NCBI GenBank assembly: GCA_964460875.1
Contig: CAYWQN010000003.1
Span: 1-41,552, forward strand
Length of the DNA stretch: 41,552 bases
Source: an uncultured Candidatus Saccharibacteria bacterium
GTDB taxonomy: Bacteria > Patescibacteriota > Minisyncoccia > Phycocordibacterales > Phycocordibacteraceae
Direction of reading: 5' to 3'
Of the stretch, positions 1 through 7,528 are shown piece after piece (position 1 is the first letter of the stretch; each line of letters starts with the position of its first letter). The notes below the pieces were generated by a model. The model was not told where the DNA came from, did not search any database, and saw only the letters and a list, made by a program, of their open reading frames with translations. A program made the translations under genes and the position numbers.

Positions 1-113
1 TCCGCGAAACCCTCGAGCTCGGCAAGACCTATCCGTTTGCGATAAAGGTCTTCGAGCCCAAGGATCAGCGCATGACGCTCGCCTACACCGGCCCGAAGAA
101 GGCAAAGAAGTAG
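1..113 (+). CDS. 3' end of an upstream CDS (…RETLELGKTYPFAIKVFEPKDQRMTLAYTGPKKAKK*), product unknown
   Basis: Open frame (phase starting at nt 3) enters the window and stops at TAG 111-113. A perfect hairpin follows. Confidence 0.5.
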   Translation, partial: RETLELGKTYPFAIKVFEPKDQRMTLAYTGPKKAKK

Positions 114-134
114 CGCGAGGCATACGCGTTCGAT

Positions 135-163
135 ACACGACCCGGCTTTCCGCCGGGTCGTGT
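135..163 (+). terminator. Hairpin, 12-bp perfect stem (ACACGACCCGGC / GCCGGGTCGTGT), 5-nt loop
   Basis: Read directly. It lies 22 nt after the upstream stop. It has no U-tract and abuts the -10 box of the next gene. Confidence 0.55.
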
Positions 164-177
164 CGTATACTGACCTC

Positions 178-507
178 ATGAAACCCGAAGAAATAATCGC
201 TAAAAGCCTATTGTCCGGAGAGCCCGCAAATCCCCAGGACGTTGATTTTAATTTTGGCTTCTCCGGCGAGGATAAGATGCTGCGGGATATGTTCAATGAA
301 AAGGTGCCGCTCTACGGGAGCGACGGGTCATACCATGCGGCTCTCTCGGTGTTTGAACGGGATGTCATACAGAAGCTCTCCATAGAGATGCGGGGCTTGT
401 TCGTCCAAAACCTGCGGGACGAGTATGCCGGCCTTACCGGGCCGGGCGAGCGCGCACAGCAGGCCCGCGCGCGCCTCGAGACGCTCATACAGAAGTATTC
501 GGCATAA
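178..507 (+). CDS. Hypothetical protein (109 aa from MKPEE)
   Basis: ORF track 160..507 begins at a GTG inside the hairpin. ATG 178 lies 6 nt after TATACT (166-171). No recognisable domain. Confidence 0.55.
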   Translation: MKPEEIIAKSLLSGEPANPQDVDFNFGFSGEDKMLRDMFNEKVPLYGSDGSYHAALSVFERDVIQKLSIEMRGLFVQNLRDEYAGLTGPGERAQQARARLETLIQKYSA

Positions 508-526
508 GAAAAACCGCCGGCGCACA

Positions 527-1132
527 TTAGGCGTCGGCGGCATCGTCAGTTTCGTACCAATAAAATACGGCGGTTAGCGTGCGCTCCAAGCTGAAGTAGA
601 ACCATTGATACCGTCGCGGGTCCATCTTCCATATAACCCGGGCGAACGCATTGTGCGTCATGAGGCCCGGGTACGCCTTCGAGGTATGGATGTCTGTGGC
701 ATCCTCGTCCCACACGAGAAACTCGAGCGGGTCGGGGCCGTGGATGCCGAGCTCTTCGGCGGCAGCGCGAAGCGCTGCCGCTATCCACGCTTCGCCCGGC
801 ATCACGGTCTCGCTCATGCTCGCGTGATTTGGAAGCACGCGATCGATGAGCGTTCCGTCCATGGACACCTGGCACTCCTTGAGACGGAGTATCCGGCCGT
901 CATCAAGCTTGCAGAAGACAAATATCCGGACGGACCGAGCGACGCGATAAAGCGCGCCATCGCCCCGGTCTTCGAAATACACGCCGTCCCGCACTACCTC
1001 ATTCCAGAGCTCCAAAGCAGTTTTTGACCTGCCTCGGCCCCATGTATTTACTGGCACGTCGTATCGAGCAAGAAGATCCAGCAACTCGGTCAGAGTCGCC
1101 GGCACGAATTGCGTAACCACGCTCTCCTCCAT
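527..1132 (-). CDS. Nudix-family hydrolase-like protein with a degenerate Nudix box
   Basis: SETVMPGEAWIAAALRAAAEELGI resembles the Nudix box G-x5-E-x7-REUxEExGU, but the Glu after Arg is replaced by Ala. Start set at MEESVV (ATG 1132) rather than GTG 1192. Confidence 0.5.
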   Translation of the reverse strand: MEESVVTQFVPATLTELLDLLARYDVPVNTWGRGRSKTALELWNEVVRDGVYFEDRGDGALYRVARSVRIFVFCKLDDGRILRLKECQVSMDGTLIDRVLPNHASMSETVMPGEAWIAAALRAAAEELGIHGPDPLEFLVWDEDATDIHTSKAYPGLMTHNAFARVIWKMDPRRYQWFYFSLERTLTAVFYWYETDDAADA

Positions 1133-1214
1133 TACAGAGTTCTTCCGCCCGCCCAGTAGCACTCTACGGGACCAGCGCCTGAGCGCAACCACTTTTATGA
1201 AGAAATGATGAAGC

Positions 1215-1991
1215 TCACTTCCCCTTCAAATGCTTCTCAATATATTTCCAGAGGCGCGGCTCGTCGGCGCTACCGACACCCATATGGCCGCCCTCGCGAA
1301 GCATCACGAACTGAGCGCCGATTTCTTGGGCGAATGCTTCTGCAGGAGCTGCGTGCACGACGAGATCATCCTTCGCGTGGATGAAGAGTAGCTTCTTTCC
1401 GTCGGCGGAAGCCTTCGCGTCTACCGGACTATAAAAATTTCCCGCTGAGAGTTTCTGCCAGACGCCGGGCTCTGCGCGATACGCCATGCCGAACGCGCGC
1501 GGTACGTACTCGTTCATGAGGTCTAGGGGTTCAAGCGTGGTCTCCTGGCGGCGCCAGTCGACTACTGAGGAAATCGCGACTGCTTTCTTCACGCGCGCGT
1601 CCGCCGAATTCAAAATCGCCGCAGGGCCGCCGAACGACCCGCCGATGAGAAAAAACTCGGGGTTCTTCACGCAATGCGTCGTACCGCTCCAGGGGTCTTC
1701 AAATCCTTCGCCGACCTGGTCCATCACTATGCGTATGTCGTCCGCAGGAGAATCGGCGAGGAATGTGCCGCCGGACTCCCAGGTGCCGCGATACCGCGGC
1801 ACGATGCTCCAATAGCCGCGCCGAGAGAGCATTTCCATCAGCAGGCCTTTATTTCCTGGATATCCAGGAGCGCCCGCCGAAAGAATCGCAACCTTGTTCG
1901 AATCAGACGCAGACGGGAGGAACTCAGCGACGATATCCGCGCCGAAACGCGTGCGTGAAAGAGGAATCTTCTGCATATCGCTCACTAGCAT
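1215..1991 (-). CDS. Alpha/beta hydrolase (dienelactone hydrolase / S9 peptidase-like)
   Basis: GGSFGG nucleophile elbow, HAKDD and GGHMG near the C-terminus. AGGAG lies 7 nt upstream of ATG 1991. ATG 1976 is an alternative start. Confidence 0.7.
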   Translation of the reverse strand: MLVSDMQKIPLSRTRFGADIVAEFLPSASDSNKVAILSAGAPGYPGNKGLLMEMLSRRGYWSIVPRYRGTWESGGTFLADSPADDIRIVMDQVGEGFEDPWSGTTHCVKNPEFFLIGGSFGGPAAILNSADARVKKAVAISSVVDWRRQETTLEPLDLMNEYVPRAFGMAYRAEPGVWQKLSAGNFYSPVDAKASADGKKLLFIHAKDDLVVHAAPAEAFAQEIGAQFVMLREGGHMGVGSADEPRLWKYIEKHLKGK

Positions 1992-2035
1992 ACCGCGCTC
2001 CTGCGCTTCTGCGTAGGGGATGCTACGATAGCGTG

Positions 2036-2410
2036 ATGACAAACGGAGAAAACCGAGAACATTCCGGAAACGTCGAGACCTTCCGCGCGCCGGAGGGGAC
2101 GCCGATCGGCATTTTTCAGGAAAAAATGGCACAGTGGCATGAGAAATACGCGAACCTCATCGAGACCGGCGCCGACGAGCGGTTCGAGCGGCTGCGAGAC
2201 GGGCTCACGCAGGATCTTATGGCGTACGGCAAGAAAGTATCTCCCGTCGCGCTCGACTACATGGCGCGCACGTTCGACGTAAAGCGGAGCGAATGGGCGA
2301 AGAAAGCAGAAGAAGTAGAGATGGAGGATCAGCAGGAAGCGTACGCGAACGTATCGCTCCGCTACGCGTCGCTTTCAAGCATCATCAACAGGATTCAGGC
2401 GATGCCCTAG
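2036..2410 (+). CDS. Hypothetical protein (124 aa)
   Basis: The downstream part of ORF 1763..2410 has a natural amino-acid composition. TGcTACGAT (2021-2029) lies 6 nt before ATG 2036. Its stop shares CTAG with the pth stop. Confidence 0.5.
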   Translation: MTNGENREHSGNVETFRAPEGTPIGIFQEKMAQWHEKYANLIETGADERFERLRDGLTQDLMAYGKKVSPVALDYMARTFDVKRSEWAKKAEEVEMEDQQEAYANVSLRYASLSSIINRIQAMP

Positions 2411-3003
2411 CGCGTATTCGCCTCCATCGTCGCTTTTTCGATTCCCTCCGCAACGAATAATCGCGCCGCTTCTGCAGCTTTCCCTATCGTTTTCTTTACG
2501 AGCGCTTCTTCGGAGGGCTTGAATTTCCCGATGACATGCTTCACCACCTTCTCCTCGGTGCCCGGCTTCTTGGCCTGATGCTTCTTGCCTTCGCCTGAGA
2601 TGCCGATGCGAAGCCGTGCGAACGCCTTCGTCTTAATGGCGCGCATGATGCTCTCCACCCCCTTGTGGCCGCCTGAGCCACGCTCGAACACCATCTTCAG
2701 CGTCCCGAGCGGCAAGTCAAGCTCATCCTGGATAACTAAAAGATTTTTCGCAGCCTTCACGCTTTTGACGAAGGCCGGCAGCGATTTTCCCGAGAGATTC
2801 ATCATGGTCTCCGGCAGCACGAGCGTCACCTTCTCGCCTTCTATGACTCCTGCGGATACGAGCGCCTTTGCCGTTTTATTCAAGGCAAAGGCAGGGAAGT
2901 CGTTTTTGTTCGCCAGAAGCTCCACCGCCATCCTCCCGGCGTTGTGCCGGGTCTTCTCATATTCCTTTCCGGTATTCCCGAGCCCGACGATGACGAATCC
3001 CAT
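2407..3003 (-). CDS. pth: Peptidyl-tRNA hydrolase
   Basis: N-terminus MGFVIVGLGNTGKEYEKTRHNAG and overall length match the Pth family. Confidence 0.93.
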   Translation of the reverse strand: MGFVIVGLGNTGKEYEKTRHNAGRMAVELLANKNDFPAFALNKTAKALVSAGVIEGEKVTLVLPETMMNLSGKSLPAFVKSVKAAKNLLVIQDELDLPLGTLKMVFERGSGGHKGVESIMRAIKTKAFARLRIGISGEGKKHQAKKPGTEEKVVKHVIGKFKPSEEALVKKTIGKAAEAARLFVAEGIEKATMEANTR

Positions 3004-3044
3004 AATGGCTCGATTCTATCATGACCTTTTTACTCCCTTTGCCT

Positions 3045-3077
3045 GAAACTTGGCGCGGGAAAGTCCCGCCAAGTTTT
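3045..3077. promoter_or_regulatory. Imperfect palindrome / hairpin (GAAACTTGGCG…CGCCAAGTTTT)
   Basis: About 13 bp of pairing with a 2-nt bulge. It sits between the divergent pth and lepB promoters. Confidence 0.4.
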
Positions 3078-3091
3078 ATGCATAAGTGTTC

Positions 3092-3118
3092 ATGATTTGG
3101 CACTGTGTGCCAAATCAT
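3092..3118. promoter_or_regulatory. Perfect 12-3-12 inverted repeat ATGATTTGGCAC-TGT-GTGCCAAATCAT; candidate operator or activator site
   Basis: Read directly. It ends 11 nt upstream of the lepB -35 hexamer. Confidence 0.45.
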
Positions 3119-3129
3119 TCCCTTAAAGT

Positions 3130-3157
3130 TTGACAGCGCCGATGCGAGGAATACAAT
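3130..3157 (+). promoter_or_regulatory. Sigma70-type promoter TTGACA-16-TACAAT for lepB
   Basis: TTGACA at 3130-3135, TACAAT at 3152-3157. ATG 3166 is 8 nt downstream, which implies a leaderless mRNA. Confidence 0.6.
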
Positions 3158-3165
3158 GCGTTGCA

Positions 3166-3705
3166 ATGCGAGCACTTAAAGAGATTTTCACGCTAGTGAT
3201 TCTCGCGGTGCTCATAGTCGTCCCCATCCGCGTCTTCGTGGCGCAGCCATTCGTCGTCGAAGGGCTTTCCATGTTCCCCACCTTCAACGACAAGGATTAC
3301 CTCATCGTCGACGAGCTCTCCTACCGGTTCGAGAATCCTGCGCGCGGCGATGTCATCATTTTCCGATACCCGGGCAATCCCTCCATCTTCTATATAAAGC
3401 GCGTCATCGGCCTGCCGGGAGAAAGCGTCGCCATCGATCACGGCATCGTCACCATAACGAAGACCGACGGCACCAAGGAAACTTTGTCCGAGCCGTATGT
3501 CGTCGCTGAAGACGCGACCTACACGCTCAAAGCTGCGCTCGGCGCTGATCAGTACTTCGTCATGGGTGATAACCGCCCGAAATCCTCCGACTCGCGCGTC
3601 TGGGGCCCGCTGCCGAAAAACGACATCATCGGCCGCGCGTTCTTCCGCGTCTATCCGTTCCCGCACGCAGGAGTCATGCCGGGCGCTATAACCATTTCTC
3701 AATGA
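3166..3705 (+). CDS. lepB: Signal peptidase I
   Basis: GLSMFPTF (catalytic Ser box), YIKRVIGLPGE (Lys box) and GDNRPKSSDSR. The track start 3130 is the TTG of the -35 hexamer, and ATG 3142 lies inside the promoter spacer, so 3166 was chosen. Confidence 0.88.
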   Translation: MRALKEIFTLVILAVLIVVPIRVFVAQPFVVEGLSMFPTFNDKDYLIVDELSYRFENPARGDVIIFRYPGNPSIFYIKRVIGLPGESVAIDHGIVTITKTDGTKETLSEPYVVAEDATYTLKAALGADQYFVMGDNRPKSSDSRVWGPLPKNDIIGRAFFRVYPFPHAGVMPGAITISQ

Positions 3706-4865
3706 GCCTGCTCACCATAGAACCGGAAGATGTTCTGAAGCGCGCGCACGCAGTCGGCACCTATTACGGATTCGAGTCGCTCGCCTCCGCAGCCCACAAG
3801 AATCGCGGTAATTCAAAAAAAGAAGCGTTCCCGGAGAGCTTGTCGCTCGATACTCTCGATCCGCACGCGCGCGAAGTCGCCGGATTCCTGAAAAGCGTGC
3901 GCGACGCCGGCCTCGCGCCGGCCGCGGGGCGCCCGCACTTCTTCTGGCACACGAACGCAGCGCCCGGCCGCGCCGCTCCCAAGCAGCTCATCATCCAATT
4001 CCATGCGCTCGGCGCCGACCGCGCTATCGCTGACGCCGTGCTTATCCGCGCCATACGCTCGCTGGCGACCGATATCACGAAACTTGAGCCGCGGCTCCGC
4101 CTGAACTCGATGGGCGATAAGGAGACGCGCGGACGCCTTGCACGCGAGCTCTCGTCCTTCTTTCGGAAGCGCGGAAGCACGGTGCCGGCAGACTGCGCTG
4201 ACTGCGCGAAGAAGGATGTCTTCGCCGCAGCCGAGATGCTCGTGAAGACGCCGGAGCGCGAAGGCATGCCGAGCCCCACCGATCACCTTTCGGAGGCGAG
4301 CCGCAAGCATTTCGAATCCGTGCTCGAATACCTTGAGGCGACCGACACGCCGTATGAGCTTGCGCCCGAGCTTCTCTCGCGCGGCGGCACCTGGAACGAA
4401 ACCTGCTTTGAGGTAACCGCAGGAGATCGCTTCCATGCCTGGGGCTCCCGCTACAACGACCTCGCTAAGCATTTCTTCAAATCAATCCCGTCGTCCGTGG
4501 GCGCGGTCATCCGCATCACGACTGACGCTCTCGCAGCCGGCAAGAAAGCGCCGAACATAGCACCGCAGAAAGCATCGAGCTCCCCGCGCTTCGTATTCGT
4601 CCACATCGGCGACGAAGCCAAGCGCGAGAGCATCAAGATGGCCGACAGCCTTCGGAAAGCGCGCGTGCCGATGACCCAGGTCTTGGGCGTCGAGTCCCTT
4701 ACCGAGCAGATGCGTCTTGCAGACGAACTTAATCCCCGCTATCTCATCATCATGGGCCGCAAAGAGGCGCTCGAGCGCTCAGTCATCCTCCGCGAACGCG
4801 CTACCCACACGGAGACCTTTGTTCCGTTTGACGGCCTCATAGACCAGCTGCGCGCAGTCGCGTAG
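3702..4865 (+). CDS. Histidyl-tRNA synthetase-like paralog (HisZ-like) with degenerate catalytic motifs and an intact class II anticodon-binding domain
   Basis: IIQFHALGAD resembles HisRS motif 2 (RQFHQ.G) but lacks the RYE residues. GSRYNDL resembles GGRYDGL. The C-terminus RFVFVHIG…RYLIIMGRKEALERSVILRE resembles an HGTP anticodon domain. ATGA overlap with the lepB stop. Confidence 0.6.
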   Translation: MSLLTIEPEDVLKRAHAVGTYYGFESLASAAHKNRGNSKKEAFPESLSLDTLDPHAREVAGFLKSVRDAGLAPAAGRPHFFWHTNAAPGRAAPKQLIIQFHALGADRAIADAVLIRAIRSLATDITKLEPRLRLNSMGDKETRGRLARELSSFFRKRGSTVPADCADCAKKDVFAAAEMLVKTPEREGMPSPTDHLSEASRKHFESVLEYLEATDTPYELAPELLSRGGTWNETCFEVTAGDRFHAWGSRYNDLAKHFFKSIPSSVGAVIRITTDALAAGKKAPNIAPQKASSSPRFVFVHIGDEAKRESIKMADSLRKARVPMTQVLGVESLTEQMRLADELNPRYLIIMGRKEALERSVILRERATHTETFVPFDGLIDQLRAVA

Positions 4866-4898
4866 CTCGCTTGCCGGAAGATTCTCTGCTCCGACAAG

Positions 4899-4952
4899 GC
4901 GTCGTCGCTTACATCTTCCGCTGCTCGCTTCCCCATAGGAATGGGGACCCCC
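4899..4952 (+). repeat. Intergenic repeat copy A with hairpin TCCCCAT-AGGA-ATGGGGA (4930-4947)
   Basis: Hand count: 42 of 52 positions are identical to 30574-30625 in an ungapped alignment. The core CTCGCTTCCCCATAGGAATGGGG also occurs at 6887-6907. Confidence 0.7.
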
Positions 4953-5020
4953 AAGATACATCCCTTGGCCTTACGGGTCCGTTCTAGACAGAAAAGGAGC
5001 TTATATGCTATATTCTCCCT

Positions 5021-5287
5021 ATGTTAAACGCTGTACGCGTAGAGGTCCGCCGCGGTAAGAACGAATCCGCGGCTTCCCTAATCCGCCGTTTCTCCCGCCG
5101 AGCGCAGGGGCTTAATCTCGTGCGCATGATGCGCAAGAAGCGCTACTTCGAGCGCCAGAAGTCCAAGAACGTCGACCATAAGCGCGCCATGGTCTCCGGC
5201 GAGCGCCGCGCGAAATTCAACCAGGACGTGAAGCTCGGCAAGATTGATCTATCCGCCCCTCGTGGCCGCGGCGCGAAGAAGCGATAA
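5021..5287 (+). CDS. rpsU: 30S ribosomal protein S21
   Basis: VEVRRGKNESAASLIRRFSRR… basic 88-aa protein matching the S21 pattern. TGcTATATT lies 6 nt before the ATG. Confidence 0.85.
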   Translation: MLNAVRVEVRRGKNESAASLIRRFSRRAQGLNLVRMMRKKRYFERQKSKNVDHKRAMVSGERRAKFNQDVKLGKIDLSAPRGRGAKKR

Positions 5288-5309
5288 TCGCTTCAAGACT
5301 CATCCTCTG

Positions 5310-5801
5310 ATGAGCACGATTGATATACGAAACATGACGAGGCGTCCTGCGCCTCGTTTTGCGTACGCAGAAGCTGCCAAGGCAGCGCTCCCCGGCTGGG
5401 ACATCTCGCTGGCATTCGTCGGCCGCGCTCGCGCAAAGTCCATGAACATGGCGCTCCGCAACAAAGACTATGTGCCGAACGTGTTGTCGTACGAATCTGG
5501 AACCAAGAGCGGCGAGATAGTTATATGCCTTGATGTCGCTGAGCGCCAAGCGCCCGACTACGGCCTTTCATACGCCGACTTCACCGGATATTTGTTTATC
5601 CACGCACTCATGCATTTGAAAGGATACCCGCACGGCACTACAATGGAGAAGAAGGAACGGACACTGCGTGCCCGATTTATTAGCGTGCGTAAAAGCTCTC
5701 TCAATGCCCCGACGAATCTCAACAGGAATCGACATCGGAACGCACCAGACGAAAGTCGTGGTGGTCGAAGAGGTGTCCGTCGGCAAGGGAAGCGAGCTTA
5801 A
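5310..5801 (+). CDS. ybeY: rRNA maturation endoribonuclease YbeY
   Basis: HALMHLKGYPH zinc motif (H-x3-H-x5-H). Start at MSTIDIR (ATG 5310). The basic C-terminal tail overlaps ftsA. Confidence 0.8.
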   Translation: MSTIDIRNMTRRPAPRFAYAEAAKAALPGWDISLAFVGRARAKSMNMALRNKDYVPNVLSYESGTKSGEIVICLDVAERQAPDYGLSYADFTGYLFIHALMHLKGYPHGTTMEKKERTLRARFISVRKSSLNAPTNLNRNRHRNAPDESRGGRRGVRRQGKRA

Positions 5802-6879
5802 GATAATCGGCACCGGCCTCGCGCCTTCTAACGGAATGCGCCACGGCTACGTGGTAGACGCGGAAGACGTCGCCGCGTCAGTTAAAAGCGCGCGCCGCCA
5901 GGCGGAGAACGTTGCGCGGATCCCCATAAAGAACGCATTCCTCGCTATAGGCGGCATATCCCTCGATGAAGCCCGGGCGACGGGCACCGCGGTTATTTCA
6001 AGGGCTGACGCGGTCGTGACCGACCTTGATCTTGAGCACGCCCTCGAGAGCGCGCGCCAGCAGGCGGAGCGCGAGTTCGTAAACCGCCGCATACTCCATG
6101 AAATCCCGGTTGAGTTCCGCGTCGACGGCGCAAAAGCCCTTGGCGACCCGGTAGGAATGCACGGCACCCGCCTTGAAGGCGACTATCTTTTCGTTACGTG
6201 CCTGGAGAGCCATGCAGACGCTCTCACGAACGCGGTAGAGGCAGCCGATATCGAAGTATTGGATTGCATGGCTTCCCCGTTGTCCGGCTCCTACGTAACC
6301 CTCACCAAGGATCAAAAGATGAAGGGCTGCGTCTTGGCGAACATTGGCGCCGAGACCCTTTCCATAGTGGTGTACGACGAGAATGTCCCGGTATCGGTCA
6401 AGGTCTTTCCGGCGGGCGGCTCCTCTATTACTGACGAGCTCGCGTTGGGCTTCCGCGTCTCGCTTGAGGACGCCGAGCGCATCAAGATGGGGAAGCTCTC
6501 AGGCGCCATGTACCCGAAGAAAAAAGTGGACGACATCGTGCATTCGCGCTTCCGCGCCATGTTCAACCTAATCGACAGCCATCTGAAGGCGCTCGGCAAG
6601 CGCGGCAACCTCCCTGCCGGCATCATCCTCTCAGGCGGCGGCGCAAGCCAGAGCTCGGTCTCCGACATCGCCAAGGGCGCGCTCTCGCTCCCGTCGAGGC
6701 TCGCGGACATGCAAGTGAGCGCGGACTCGAAGATTCGCGACGCCACATGGGCGGTCGCCTACGGCATCGCGCTCTGGGGCCTCACCGGGGATACGGATAC
6801 GCCAAGGCGCGGCGGTGCGGCGAACATCGCCGCCGCAGGGAAGTCGTTGAAGCGTTTCTTCCGGCAGTTCCTTCCGTAA
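5704..6879 (+). CDS. ftsA: Cell division protein FtsA (actin-like ATPase)
   Basis: GIDIGTHQTKVVV (phosphate-1), LANIGAETLSIVVY, GIILSGGGASQ. ATG 5704 is the last start that keeps the phosphate-1 motif. Confidence 0.88.
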   Translation: MPRRISTGIDIGTHQTKVVVVEEVSVGKGSELKIIGTGLAPSNGMRHGYVVDAEDVAASVKSARRQAENVARIPIKNAFLAIGGISLDEARATGTAVISRADAVVTDLDLEHALESARQQAEREFVNRRILHEIPVEFRVDGAKALGDPVGMHGTRLEGDYLFVTCLESHADALTNAVEAADIEVLDCMASPLSGSYVTLTKDQKMKGCVLANIGAETLSIVVYDENVPVSVKVFPAGGSSITDELALGFRVSLEDAERIKMGKLSGAMYPKKKVDDIVHSRFRAMFNLIDSHLKALGKRGNLPAGIILSGGGASQSSVSDIAKGALSLPSRLADMQVSADSKIRDATWAVAYGIALWGLTGDTDTPRRGGAANIAAAGKSLKRFFRQFLP

Positions 6880-6886
6880 TCGGCCA

Positions 6887-6907
6887 CTCGCTTCCCATAG
6901 GAATGGG
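6887..6907 (+). repeat. Intergenic repeat copy B (CTCGCTTCCCATAGGAATGGG), followed by a T-rich tract
   Basis: Same core as copy A with one fewer C:G pair. The following TTGATTTTCTGTATTTTT suggests it works as the ftsA terminator. Confidence 0.65.
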
Positions 6908-6985
6908 TTGATTTTCTGTATTTTTACGATATAACTCTCCTACCGGTCGGAGGGGTTTCCGACGCATCAATACCACGAGGTAGCG

Positions 6986-7315
6986 ATGGAAGATCTGTTT
7001 TCGCTGAAAGGCGACAAACTGCTTACGATGTCCTACGAGGACTTCGTCCGCTACTGCATGTCAGTCTGGCCAAGAAGCACGACGCTCCACTTCGGGCTCG
7101 AAAACCGCTTCTGCAAAACCATCGACCAACAGATGGAGATGCTGAAACGTGTGGAGCGATACCCGGACATGAGCGCGTATCTTGTGCTCCGGCTCCTCAA
7201 GGAAGGCAACTTGGAGGAGATCGAGGCAACTGCCATGCAAGAAGTGCGCATGCAAAAGCTGCATGGCGCCTGGGCCTTCGTTCGGAAACGTGAGTTTCCA
7301 GACGAGCCTACCTGA
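6986..7315 (+). CDS. Hypothetical protein (109 aa) between ftsA and ftsZ
   Basis: GAGGT lies 5 nt upstream of the ATG. It has its own intrinsic terminator. The first 60 nt are about 47% GC by hand count, against about 57% for the first 60 nt of ftsZ. Confidence 0.6.
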   Translation: MEDLFSLKGDKLLTMSYEDFVRYCMSVWPRSTTLHFGLENRFCKTIDQQMEMLKRVERYPDMSAYLVLRLLKEGNLEEIEATAMQEVRMQKLHGAWAFVRKREFPDEPT

Positions 7316-7334
7316 GCGGGGCCTTGTGCCACTC

Positions 7335-7365
7335 ACCCCGTCGCAAGACGGGGTTTTCTTTTTCT
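7335..7365 (+). terminator. Rho-independent terminator CCCCGTC-GCAA-GACGGGG + TTTTCTTTTTCTT
   Basis: 7-bp GC stem, tetraloop and U-tract, read directly. Confidence 0.85.
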
Positions 7366-7528
7366 TCGGCCGCATCGCGAAGTGAACGCCTTTTTATGAC
7401 ACATTTGCCCGGGTTATGGCAACCATTTGCGCCCCCAGGCTGCAGGAGTATGATAAATCGACTGTGCGGGCATGTTCTTCGCTCTCGGCAAGAGCGGCTA
7501 TTACCGGGCCTATTTATTTACACTGACT

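Noticed and set aside
2407-2410. Convergent genes whose stop codons share the palindrome CTAG (pth and the 2036 gene). Similar small convergent overlaps occur at 10215-10228 and 27111-27118.
   Set aside because: This is real but is an ordinary consequence of genome compaction and needs no special mechanism.
3098-3114. TTGGCAC…TGCC as a sigma-54 (-24/-12) promoter.
   Set aside because: GG and GC are separated by 8 nt rather than 10 and there is no TTGC element. The sequence is better explained as half-sites of a perfect palindrome.
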